DNA from: Pristiophorus japonicus
Lineage: Eukaryota
DNA: 64,000 nucleotides
Assembly (NCBI RefSeq): GCF_044704955.1
Contig: NW_027251165.1
Coordinates: 620,001 to 684,000, forward strand
Reading direction: 5' to 3'
The position numbers were made by a program, and so were the translations under genes. Under the pieces are notes generated by a model that was not told the DNA's origin, ran no database searches, and worked only from the letters and a program-made list of their open reading frames with translations. Positions 12,001 through 24,200 of the stretch are shown piece after piece (the first letter of the stretch is position 1; every line of letters starts with the position of its first letter).

Positions 12001-15000
12001 TTGATTGGGGGACGGGTTCGCTTCAGTTGGGGCCGGGTTCGGTTCTGTTGCGACCATATTCGGCTTGTTTGGGACCGGGCTTTGTTCGATTGGGGTCGTG
12101 TTCGGTACAGGTGGTGCCAGGTTCGGTTTAGTTCGGGAAGGTTTTGTTTCGGACGGGGAGTGGATCGTTCGGGGCCTGGTTCGCTTCGTTTGGTGCCGGG
12201 TTTGCTTGGTTGGGTGCCGGTTCTGCTAGTTTGGAGCCGGGTTCAGTTCGGTTGTGGCCAGGTTCGATTGCGGCCGATTTAGGTTCGGGCCGGTGCGCTT
12301 TAGGCCGCGTTCAGTTCGGTTGGAGCAAGTTCGTTTCAGTTCAGAACAGGTTCGGTTGAGGCAGGGATCGAATGGGGCCGGATTTGGTTTGGTTGGAGCC
12401 AGGTTCGGTATGGTTGGGGCAGGTTTAATTCGGTTGGGTGACGGGTTCGGATCAGTTAGATTGTGGCCAGTTTCGATTGGGGCAGGGACCAGTTCGGTTC
12501 GAGCCGGGTTCGGTTTAGTTGGGCCAAGGTTAATTTGTGGCGGGTTTTGGTTCGGTTGGGGCCGTGTTTGCTTGGGACAAGTTATGTTCAGTTTGGAACA
12601 AGTTCGTATCGGAATGGTTCATTCAGTTGTGGCCGGGTTCTGTTCGGGACGGTTTTATTTTGGTTCGGTCCGGTTGTGGCCGGATTCAGTTCAGTTAGGT
12701 TGGGGCCAGGTTCGGTTCGTTTGGGGCCGGGCTCGGTTCGGTTGGGCCAAGTTTCGGTTCGGTTGGCACTCGGTTCGCTACGGTAGGGACAGCGTTCGGA
12801 TTGGTTAGGGCCGGGTTGGTTTCAGTTGGGGCCGGGTTTGGTACGGTTGACACAGGGTTCGGTTCGGTTGGGACCGCGTTCGGTTCGGTTTGGGACGGCT
12901 TCTGTTCGTTTCGGTTAGGCTGGTTCAGTTTGGTTGTTCCGTGTTCGGATCGGTTGGGGCCGGGTTTAGTACGTTTGGTTCCGGGTTCGGTTCGGTTGGG
13001 GCCGGGTTCTGTTCGTTTGGGGACTGGTTCAGTTCCGTTGTAGCCGGGGTCGGTTCGATTGCGGCCGGGTTTGTTTGGAGCCCGGTTCGGATCGTTTGGG
13101 GCCAGGTTCGATTGGGGCCGGTTACATTTCAGTTCGGCCCAGATTCGTTTGGGCCGGGTTTGTTTCGATTTGGACCGGGTTCGGCTCGGTTGCAGCCAGG
13201 TTCGTTTGTGGCTAGTTTCTGTCATTGCCGGGTTTGGTTTGGGCCGAGTACGTTTGGGGCCGGTTTCAGTTGGGGACGGTTTTGTTGCGGAATGGTTCGG
13301 TTCTATTGGGGCTGGGTTCCGTTCGGTTAGCTTGGGTATGGTTTTGGTTCATGCAGTTGCGGCCAGGTTCGGCTCAGTTGGGGCTGGAGTTGGATCTTTT
13401 CGGGCCGGGTTCGGTTGGGACTTGGTTCGGTACGGTTGGTGCTAGTTTCGGTTCAGTTTGGTACGGTTTCGGTTCGGTTGGGGCCGGGTTCTGTTAGGGA
13501 TGGATTCGTTGGGGACAGGTTCGGTTCGGTTCGGTTGGGTCCGTGTTCGTTTCAGTTCGGTTGGCGCTGGGTTCTATTCGTTCTGTTGGGGACACAATCG
13601 GTTCGGTTGTGGCTGGATTTGGTTCGGTTCGGGCCGGTTTCGGTTGGGACTTGGTTTGGTATGGTTGGTGACAGGTTCGGTTCAGTTTGGGATGGGTTCG
13701 GTATGGTTGGATCAGGCTTCGGTTTGGTTGCGGCCGTGTTTGATTGGGGCCGGGTTCTATTCAATTGGGGCCGGGTTCTGCTCGTTTGTGGCCGTGTTCG
13801 GTTCGTTTGGGTCCTGGTTCGTTTCGGTTGGGGCCGGGTTTTATATCGTTAGGGGGCAGATTCGGTTCGGTTGTGGAGTGGTTCGGTTGGGGCCAGGTTC
13901 GACTCGGTTGGTGTTGGGTATGGTTCAGTTGGGGTCGGGTTTGGTTGGTGCCGGGTTCGGTATGTTTGTTTCCAGGTTCAGTTCAGTTCCGTACGGGTTC
14001 CCTTCGGTTGGGGCCGGGTTCAGTTGGGGACGGATTCGTTGGGGACTGGTTCGGTTCGGTTCAGTTGCGGCCGTGTTCGGTTCAGTTCGGTTGGCGCTGG
14101 GTGCCGTTCGTTCAATTGGGGCCAGTTTCGGTTCGGTTGGAGCTGGATTTGGTTCGGTTGGGGCGGCCTTCAGTTGGGACTTGGTTCGGTACAGTTCGTG
14201 CCAAGTTCGGTTCAGTTTTGAAAGGATTCGGTTCGGTTGGATCCGGCTTCGCTTTTGTTGCGGCCGTGTTATGTTGGGCCCGGGTTTGATTCAGTAAGGG
14301 CCGGGTTCGGTTCAATTGTGACAAAGTTCGTTTGGGGTTGGGTCCGGGATTGGTTTGGTTGGGAACGAGTTCGGTTTGGTTGGGGCCACTTTTGGTTCGG
14401 TTGTGGCCGAGTTCGGTTCAGTTGGGGCCGCGTTCGGTTCGATTGGCGCCGGGTTCGCTTCGGTTGGGGCCGGGTTCTGTTCGGTTGGGTCCAGTTTCTG
14501 TTCGTTTCGGTTGGTGCCGGGTTTGCTTTGGTCGGGGCCGGCTTCGCTTATGTTGGGACCAGCTTCAGCTCTGCTCAGTTGGGGCTGAGATCGGTCCGGT
14601 TCGTTTGATGCCTGGTTCGTTACATTTGGGGCTGGGTTCGGGTTTATTGTTGCCATTTTCGGTTGGGGCCGGTTTTGTTTCTGTTGGGCCCGGGTTAGGT
14701 TGGAGCCGGGTTCGGTTGCGGCCGGGTTCGTTTCGGTGGGGGCTGTGTTCGGTTCGGTAGGGTCTGTGTTCGGTTCGGTTGGGGACGATTTCTATTTGTT
14801 TCGGGCTCGTTGCAGTTTGGTATGGGGCGGTTTCGGTTCGGTTGGGGCCGGTTGGGTAAGGTTAGTGTAGGTTGGGGTCGGTTGTTGTCGGGTTCGGTTC
14901 GGTTGATGCCCGATTCGCTTCGGTTGGGGCCGGTTTCGTATCGGTTGGTGATGGGTTCGGCTGGGGCCGGCGTCGGTTCGGTTGGGGCCAGGTTTGGTTC

Positions 15001-18000
15001 GGCTGTGGCCGGCTTCGTTCGGTTGGGTCCAGTTTCTGTTTGGTTCAGTTGGGCCTTGGTTCGGTTCCATTCGTTTGGGGTCCAGTTCGGTAAATTTGGG
15101 GATGGGTTCGGTTCGGTGACGGCCACTTTAGTTTGGGAACGGTTTCGGATCTGGCCGGGTTCGGGTCAGTTGCGGCCGGGTTTGATTCGGTTGGGGCAAG
15201 TCCGGTTGAGTTCCGGTGGGTTCAGTTAAGTTCGTTGGTTCGGTGCCGGGTTCTGTTGTTTAAAGTTTCGCTTCAGTATTGTTGGGGCCGGGTTCGGTTA
15301 GGGCCGGGTTAGGTTCAGTTGGGGATGGTTTCGTTTTGTTTGGGTTGAGGCCGGGTTCGGTTCGGTTGGGGCCGAGTTATTTTGGGGCCGAGTTCTGTTG
15401 GGGCCGGGTATCGTTGGGGAGGGATTTGTTGCGGACGTGTTTGGTTCGTTTGGGCCCGGGTACGGTTCTGTTCGGTCGGGTCTGGGTACGGTTAAGCCAG
15501 TTTCGGTTCGGTTGGTGCTGAGTTTGGTTCAGTTGGGTGCGGGTTCGTATTGGGCTGGGTTCCGTATGATTTTTTCCAGGTTCGGTTCAGTTCCATACGC
15601 ATTCGGTTCGGTTCAGTTGAGGTGGATTCGTTGGGGACGGGTTCGGTTCGGTTCAGTTGGGGCTGTGTTCGGTTCAGTTCGGTTGGTGCTGGTTTCGATT
15701 CGTTCTGTTGGGACCAGATTCGGTTCGGTTGGGGCTGGATTTGGTTCGGTTGGGAACATGTTCAGTTGGGACTTTGTTCGGTATGGTTGGTGCCAGGTTC
15801 GGTTCAGTTTGGAAAGGGTTCTGTTCGGTTGGATCCGGCTTCGGTTTGGTTGCTACCGTGTTTGGTTGGGTCCGGGTTCGGTTCAGTTGGGTCCGGGTTC
15901 GGTTCAGTTGTGACTATGATTGCTTCGGTTGGGGCCGGGTTCTGTTCGATTGGGGTCTTATTTGATAAGGTTGTTGCCAGGTTCGGTTTAGTTCGTGACG
16001 GGTTCGGTTCGGTCGGGGAGGGTTTCGGTTGGGGACGGATTCGCTTCGTTTGGACCGTGTTCGCTATGTTTGGTGACTGGTTCTTCTCGTTTGGCGCCGG
16101 GTTCGGTTCGGTTGGTGCCTGGTTTGGTTCGGTTGGGGCAGATTCGGTTCGGTTGGGAAGGAATTCGGTTGGGGCCAGATTCGGTTTGGTTGGGGCTGGG
16201 TTTGGTTCAGTTGGGGGCAGGTTCGGGTTGGGCTGGGTACGGTACGGTTGGTTCCAGGTTCGGTACAGTTCCAGACGGGTTGGTTTCGGTTGGGGCCGTG
16301 TTCAGTTGGGGATGGATTCTTTGGGGACGGGTTCGGTTCTGTTCGGTTGGGGACGTGTTCGGTTCAGTTCGGTTGTAGCTGCATTCGATTCGTTCTGTTG
16401 GAGCCAGTTTCGGTTCGGTTGGCCTGGATTTGGTTCTGGTTGGGTCGGATTTGGTTGGGACTTGGTTCAGTATGGTTGCTGCCAGGTTCGGTTCAGTTTG
16501 GAAAGGGTTCGGTTCGGTTGGGTCCGGCTTCGGTTTGGTTGCAGCCGTGTTTCGTTGGGGCGTGGTTCGGTTCAGTTGGGGCCGGGTTCGGTTCAGTTAC
16601 GACCATGTTCGCTTCGGTTGTGGACGGGTTCTGTTCGATTGGGTTCGTGTTCGGTACGTTAGTTGCCAGGTTCAGTTTAGTTCGGGACGGGTTTGATTCG
16701 GTCTAGGAGGGTTTCGGTTGCGGACGGATTCTCTTTGTTTGGGGCCGAAATCGCTTCGTTTAGGCCGGGGTTCTCTTGGTTTGGGGCCGGGTTCTGCTCG
16801 TTTGTGGCCTGGTTCGGTTCGGTTGTGGCAGGGTTCGTTTCGTTTGGGGCCGAGTTTGGTTCGGTAGGGGGCAGATTTGGTTCGGTTGGGGCTGGGTTCG
16901 AGATGGTTGTTTCCAAGTTCGGTTCAGTTCCGACGCTTTCAGTTCGGTTGTGGCCGTGTTCAGTGGTGGACGGATTCGTTGGAGACTGGTTCGGTTCGGT
17001 TCGGTTGGGGCCGTGTTCGGTTCAGTTCGGTTGGCGCTGCGTTCGGTTTGTGATTTTGTGGCCAGTTTCGGTTCGGTTGGGGCTGGATTTGGTTCGGTTA
17101 GGGCCGTGCTCGGTTCAGTTTGGAAATGCTTCGTTTCTGTTGGGTCCGGCTTCGGTTTGGCTGCGGCCGTGTTTGGTTGGGGCCAGGTTCGGTTCAGTTG
17201 GGGCCGGGTTCGGTTCAGTTGCGACCATGTTCGCTTCGGTTGGGGACGGGTAGTGTTCGATTGGGGTCATGTTAGGTACGGTTGTTGCCAGGTTCGGTTT
17301 AGTTCGCGACGGGTTTGTTTCAGTCGGGGAGGGGTTCGATTGGGGACGGAGTCGCTTCGTTTGGGGTGGGGTTCGCTTCGTTTCGGACCGGGTTCTGTAC
17401 GTTTGTGGCCTAATTCGGTTCGGTTGCGGCCGGGTTCGTTTCGGTTGGGGCCGGGTTTGGTTCGGTAGGGGGCAGATTCGGTTCGGTTGTGGAGGGGTTA
17501 CGTTGGGGCCAGGTTAGATTCGGTTGGGGCTGGGATTGGTTCCGTTGGGGGCGTCTTCGGTTTGGGCTAGGTTCGGTACTGTTGTTTCCAGTTTTGGTTA
17601 AGTACCAACGTGTTCGGTTCGATTGTGGCCGTGTTCAGTTAGGGTCGGTTTCATTGGGGATCATTTCGTTTAGGTTCGGTTGTGGCCGTGTTCGGTTCAG
17701 TTCGGTTGGCGCAGGGTTCGGTTCGTTCTGTTGTGGCCAGGTTCGGTTTGGTTGGGGCTTGATTTGGTTCGGTTGGGGCCGGGTTCGGTTGGGATTTGGT
17801 TCAGTACGGTTAGTGCCAGGTTCGGTTCAGTTTGGAAAGGGTTCGGTTCGGTTGTATTCGGCTTTGGTTTGGTTGCGGCCGTGTTTGGTTGTGGCCCGGT
17901 TCGTTTCAGTTGGGGCCTGGTTCGGTTCAGTTGCGACCATGTTCGCTTCGGTTGGAACCGGGTTCTGTTAGATTGGGTCGTGTTTGGTACGGTTGTTGCC

Positions 18001-18257
18001 ATGTTCGTTTTAGTTAGGGACGGGTTTGGTTCGGTCGGGGAGGGGGTCTGTTGGGGACGGATTCGCTTCGTTTGGGGCCGGGTTCTGCTAGTTGGGGCTG
18101 GGTTCGGTCCGGTTGTGGCCGGGTTCGTTTCCTTTGGCGCCGGGTTTAATTCGGTTGGGGGCAGATTCGGTTTGGTTGGGAAGAATTTCGGTTGGGGCCA
18201 GGTTCGGTTCGGTTGGGGTGAGGTCCGGTTGCAGCTGTGTTCTGTTCGGTTGGGGCC
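1..18257 (+). repeat. Recent higher-order duplication: 1-6812 recurs at 11421-18257 (offset 11420, then 11445 after a 25-bp indel)
   Basis: The sequence at position 1 recurs at 11421. ORF pairs 52/11472, 834/12254 and 4130/15550 have offset 11420; 5248/16693 and 6235/17680 have offset 11445. Identity breaks after 6812/18257. Confidence 0.95.
10227..10453 (+). repeat. 115-bp local tandem duplication within satellite 1
   Basis: GGAATCAGATCGGGCCGGGTTCGTTTGGGCCGGGTTCGGACCATTA starts at 10261 and again at 10376. Confidence 0.9.
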
Positions 18258-21200
18258 GTGTTCGGTTGGAGACGGGTTGGTTTCAGTTGGGTTGGGGCCG
18301 TGTTCCGTTCTGTTGTGGCCGGTTTCCGTTCAGTTGTGACAGGTTTCTGTTTGGTTGGCGACGAGTTCGGCTTTTCGGGGCCGGTTTCCGTTCGGTAGTG
18401 GCCAGTTTCTGTTTGGTTCAGTTGGGGCCGTGTTCGGTTTGGGCCAGTTTCGATTGGGGCCCGGTTCGGTTGGGGCCCGGTTTAGTTCAGTTCGGTTGGG
18501 GCCTGGATTGGTGCGATTCGGGCCAGATTCATTTCGGTTGGTGCTGGATTTGGTTCGTTTGGGTCCGCATTCCGTTCGTTTGTGATCAGGTTAAAGTGGC
18601 GCCCGGTTCGTTTCCTTTGGGCCGGTTTCGTTTCGTTTCGGCCTATCTTTGGTTGGGGCGGGTTCGTTTCGTTTGAGGCCAGGTTCGATTGGGGCCAGTT
18701 TAGAATCAGTTCGGGCCGGGTTCGTTTGGGCTGGGTTCGGGTCTTTAGGGGCCGGGTTTGGTTCGATTGGGGCCGGGTTCAGTTCGGTTGTTGCAAGGTT
18801 CGATTGGGGCTGGTTTAGTTTCGGGCCGGTGCGCTTTCGGCCGGGTGCAGTTCGGTTGGGACAAGTTCGGTTCAGTTCAGGACAGGTTCGGTTGAGGCCG
18901 GGATCGAATGGGGCCGGATTGTGTACTGTTGTGTTGGGGCCGGGTTCGTTTAGTTTGGGGCCGGGTTTGTTTTGGTTGGAGTCAGGTTCGTTATGGTTGG
19001 GGCAGGTTTAAGTTCGGTTGGGTGACGGGTTCGGATCAGTTAGATTGGGGCCAGTTTCTATTATGGGGCTGGGATCAGTTCGGTTCGGGCCGGGTTCGGT
19101 TTAGTTGGTCCAGGGTTTAGTTGGTGCCGGTTTTGGTTCGGTTGAGGCCGTGTTTGCTTGGGACAAATTCGGTTCAGTTTGGAACAAGTTCGTTTCGGAA
19201 TGGTTCGGTCAGTTGTGGCCGGGTTCTGTTGGGGACGGTTTCATTTCGGTTCGGTTCTGTTGTGGCAGGATTAGGTTCAGTTAGGTTGGGGCCGAATTCG
19301 GTTCGGTTGGGGCCAGTATCGGTTCGGTTGTAACTGGGTTCGTTTCGGTGTGGACCGCGTTCAGATTGGTTATGGCCGGCTTGGGTTCAGTTGTGGCCGG
19401 GTTCGGTACAGTTGACACAGGGTTCGGTTCGGTTGGGACCGCGTTCGGTTCAGTTTGGGACGGGTTCTGTTCGGTTTAGTTGGGGCTAGTTCAGTTTGCT
19501 TGGCTCCGTGTTCGGATCGGTTGGGGCCGGGTTCAGTACGGATGGTTCCGGGTTCGGTTCGGTTGGGTCCGGGTTCTGTTAGTTTGGGGACTGGTTCGAT
19601 TTCGTTGTGGCCGGGGTCGGTTCGGTTGAGGCCGGGTTTGGTTGGGTACCGGTTCGGACCGTTTGGGGCTAGGTTCGATTGGGGCCGGTTTCTTTTCAGT
19701 TCGGGCCAGGTTCATTTGGGCCGGGTTTGTTTAGATTTGGGCCGGGTTCGGTTCGGTTGCAGCCAGGTTCCTTTGGGGCCAGTTTCGGTAACGGATGGGT
19801 TCGGTTTGGGCCGAGTTCGGTTGCGGCCGGTTTCAGTTGGGGACGGTTTCGTTTCGGAATGGATCGGTTCGGTTGTGGCTGGGTTCGGGTCGATTAGCTT
19901 GGCGATGGTTTCGGTTCATTCAGTTGCTGCCAGGTACGGTTCAGTTTTGGACGGGTTCGGTTCGGTTGTGTCCGTGTTCGGTTCAGTTCGCTTGGCGCTG
20001 GGTTCAGTTCGTACTGTTGGTGCCACGTTCGGTTCGGTTTGGGTTGGATTTGGGTCGGTTGGGGCCTGGTTCAGTTGTGACTTGGTTCGGTATTGTTGGT
20101 GACAGGTTCCGTTCAGTTTGGGCCGGGTTCTGTTCGATTGGATCAGACTTCGGTTTGGTTGCGGCCGTGTTTGATTGGGGCCGGGTTCGGTTCAGTTGGA
20201 GTCGGGTTCGGTTCTGTTGCGACAATGTTCGATTTGGTTGGGGCCGGGTCCTGATCGCTTAGTGTCCTGTTTGGTACGCATGGTGCCAAGTTCGGTTTAG
20301 TTCGGGACGAGTTTGTTTCGGTCGGGAAGTGGATCGTTCGGGGCCGGGTTCGCTTCGTTTGGGGCCGGGTTCGCTTGGTTTGGTGCCGGGTTTTGCTCGT
20401 TTGGGGCGGGGTCTAGTTCGGTTGTGCACAGGTTCGATTGGGGCCGGTTTAGGTTCCGGCCGCTGCGCTTCAGGCCGGGTTCAGTTCGGTTGGGGCAAGT
20501 TCTGTTCAGATCAGAACAGGTTCGGTTGAGGCCGGGATCGAATGGGTCCGGATTGTGTACTGTTGTGTTGGGGCCCTGTTCGGTTAGTTTGGGGCCGCGT
20601 TTGGTTTGGTTGGAACCAGGTTCGGTATGGTTGGGGCAGGTTTTAGTTCGGTTGGGTGACGGGTGCGGATCAGTTAGATTGGGGCCGGATTCGGTTCGGT
20701 TCGGGCCGGGCTCGGTTCGGTTGGGGCCAGGTTCGGTGCGGTTGGCACTGGGTTCGTTTCGGTAGGGACAGCGTACGGATTGTTTCGGGCCGGGTTGGTT
20801 TCAGTTGGGGCCGGGTTTGCTACGGTTGGCAGAGGGTTCGTTTCGGTCGGTACCGCGTTCGGTTCGGTTTGGGAGGGGTTCTGTTCGGTTCGGTTGGGGC
20901 TGGTTCAGTTTGGTTGGGTCCGTGTTCGGATCGTTGGGGCCGGGTTCAGTACGGTTGGTTCCAGGTTCGGTTCGGTTGGGGCCGGGTTCTGTTCGTTTGG
21001 GGACTGGTTCAGTTCCGTTGTGGCCGAAGTTGGTTCGATTGAGGACGGATTTGTTTGGGGCCCGGTTCAGATCGTTTGGGGCCAGGTTCGATTGGGGCCG
21101 GTTTCTTTTCAGTTCGAGCCAGGTTCGTTTGGGCCGGGTTTGTTTCGATTTGGGATGGGTTTGGTTCGGTTGCAGCCAGGTTCGTTTGGGGCCAGTTTCG

Positions 21201-24200
21201 CTCACGGCCGGGTTCGGTTTGGGCCGAGTTCGGTTGGGGCCGGTTTCAGTTGGGGACGGTTTCGTTGCAGAATGGTTCAGTTCGGTTGTGGCTGGGTTCG
21301 GTTCGGTTAGCTTGGGGATGGTTTTGTTTCATTCGGTTGGGGCCAGGTACGGATCAGTTGGGGCTGGAGTTGTTCGTTTCGGGCCGGTTTGTTTTGGGAC
21401 TTGGTTCGGTACGGTTGGTGCCAGTTTTGGTTCAGTTTGGGAAGGGTTCGTTTCGGTTGGGGCCTGGTTCAGTTGGGAATGCATTCGTTGGGGACGGGTT
21501 CAGTTCGGTTCGGTTGGGTACGTGTTCGTTTCAGGTCGGTTGGCGCTGGATTCAGTTCGTACTGTTGGGGCCACGATCGGTTCGTTTGGGGCTGGATTTG
21601 GTTCGGTTGGGGCCGGGTTCGGTTGGGATTTGGTTCGGTATGGTTAGTGACAGGTTCGGTTCAGTTCGGGATGTTTTCGGTTCGGTTGGAGCAGCTTTCG
21701 GTTTGGTTGGGGCCGGGTTCGGTTCAGTTGGCGCCGGGTTTGTTTCGGTCGGGGCGGGTTTCGGTTGGGGACGGATTCGCTTCGTTTGGGGCCGGAATCG
21801 CTTCGTTTGGGGCGGGGTTCTCTTCATTTGGGTCCGGGTTCTGCTCGTTTGTGCTCGGGTTCGGTTCGGTTGGGGCCTGGTTCGTTTCGGTTGGGGCCGT
21901 GTTTGATTCAGTAGGGGGCCGATTCGGTTCTGTTGTGGAGTGGTTCGTTTGGGGCCAGGTTCGGTTCGGTTGGGCCTGGGTATGGTTCAGTTGGGGTCGG
22001 GTTCGGTTGGTGTTAGGTTATGCATGGTTGTTTCCAGGTTCAGTTCAGTTCTGGACGGTTTCCCTTCGGTTGGGGCAGGTTCAGTTGGGGACGGATTCGT
22101 TGGGGACAGGTTCGATTCGGTTGAGTTGCGGCCGTGTTCGTTTCCATTCGGTTGGCGCTGGGTTCAATTAGTTCAGTTGGGGCCAGTTTCGGTTCTGTTT
22201 GGGCTGGATTTGGTTCGGTTTGGGCCGCGTTCAGTTGGGACTTGGTTCGGTACAGTTGGTGCCAATTTCGGGTTCAGTTTGGAAAGGGTTCGGTTCGGTT
22301 GGATCCAGCTTCGCTTTGGTTGTGGCCGTTATTGGTTGGGCACGGGTTTGATTCAGTCAGTGCCGGGTTCGGTTCAATTGCGACAATGTTCGTTTCAGTT
22401 TAGTCCGGGATTGGTTTGGTTGGGAACGAGTTCGGTTTTATTGGGCCCAGTTTCGATTCGGCTGTGGCCGAGTTCGGTTCAGTTGGGGCTGCGTTCGGTT
22501 CGCGCAGGGTTCGGTTCGGTTCGGGCCGGATTCTGTTCGGTTGGGTCCAGTTTCTGTTCGTTTCGGTTGGTGCCGGGTTTGCTTTTGTCGGGCCCGGCTT
22601 CGCTTATGTTGGGGCCAGCTTCAGCTCCGCTCAGTTGGGGTTGAGTTCGGTTCGGTTCGTTTGATGCCGTGTTCGTTAGATTTGGGGCTGGGTTCGGGTT
22701 GCTTGGTGCTATTTTCGGTTGGGGCCGGTTTCGGTTCGGTTGGGGCCGTGGTCGGTTGGGGCCGGGTTCGGTTGGGGCCGGTTTCGGTTCGGTGGGTCTG
22801 TGTTCGGATCGGTTGGGGTCGGTTTCGGTTCGGTTGGGGCCGGGTTGTTTTTGGTTGGGGCCGGGTTCGTATCGGTTGCGGAGGGGTTCGGTTGGGGCCG
22901 GCGTCGGTTCGGTTGGGGCCAGGTTTGTTTCGGTTGGGGCCGGCTTCGCTTCGGTTGGGGACAGTTTCTGTTTGGTTCAGTTGGGGCTTGGTTCGGTTCG
23001 GTTCGGTTGGGGTCCAGTTCCGTAAATTTGGGGCTGCGTTCGGGTCGGTTGGGGCCGTGTTCGGTTGAGGCCAGTTTCGATTAGGGCCGAGTTCGGTTCG
23101 GGCCCGGCTTCGTTCAGTTCGGTTGGGGCCTGGTTTGGTTCGATTGGGGCCAGATTAATTTCGGTTGGTGCTGGATTTGGTTCGTTTCGTTCCGCATTCC
23201 GTTCGTTTGGGGTCAAGTTCGAGTGAGGCCCGGTTCGTTTGCTTTGGGGCCGGGTTCGTTTCGTTTCGGGCTAGCTTTGGTTGGGGGCGGGTTCGTTTCG
23301 TTTGTGGCCAGGTTCGATTGGGGCCAGTTTCGATTCAGTTCGGGCCGAGTCCGTTTGGGCCGGGTTCGGACCGTTAGGGGCCGGCGTTGCTTTTGTTTTG
23401 CAGCAAGGTTTGGTGTGGTTGGAGCCGGCGTCGCTTCGGTTGGGGCCAGTTTCTGTTCGGTTCAGTTGGAACTTGGTTCGGTTCGGTTCGGTTGGTACCC
23501 ATTTCGGTAAATGTGGTGCTGGTTTCGGTTCGGTTGCGGCCAGTTTCGGTTGGGATCGGGTTCGGATCTGGCCGGCTTTGGTTCAGCTACGGCCGCGTTT
23601 GATTCGGTCGGGGCAAGTTCGGTTGATTTCGGGACGGCTTCAGTTCGGATCGTTGGGTTGGGGCCTGGTGCTGTTGGGTAAAGTTTTGCTTCGGTATTGT
23701 TGGAGCCGGGTTCGGTTGGGGCCCGGTTCGGTTCAGTTGGGGCCATGTTCGGTTGGCCCAAGTTCTGTTGGGACCATGTTCAATTGGGGACGGATTCATT
23801 GCGGATGATTTCGGTTCGGCTGGGCCCGGGTTCGAGTGGTTCGATTGGGGCTGTGTTCATTTGGGGCCAGATACGGTTCGGTTGGGGCTGGGTTCGTTGG
23901 AGACGTGTTCGGTTCATGTGGGTTGGTGCCAAGTTCGGTACGGTGGGGGCTGTGTTCGGTTCGGTTGGGTCTGGCTACGCTTCGGTTGGGGACGATTTCT
24001 GTTTGGTTGGGGCCGGTTGCAGTTTGGTAGGGGCCGGTTTATGTTCGGTGGGGGACGGGGACGGTTCGATTGGTGCCTCGTTCGGTTCGGTTGCGGTCGG
24101 GTTCTGTTCTGTTGGGGCCGTGTTCGTCTTGGTTGGGGAGTGGGACTGTTGGTGCCAGCGTCGCTTCGGTTGGGGCAAGGTTTGGTTAGGTTGGGGCCGG

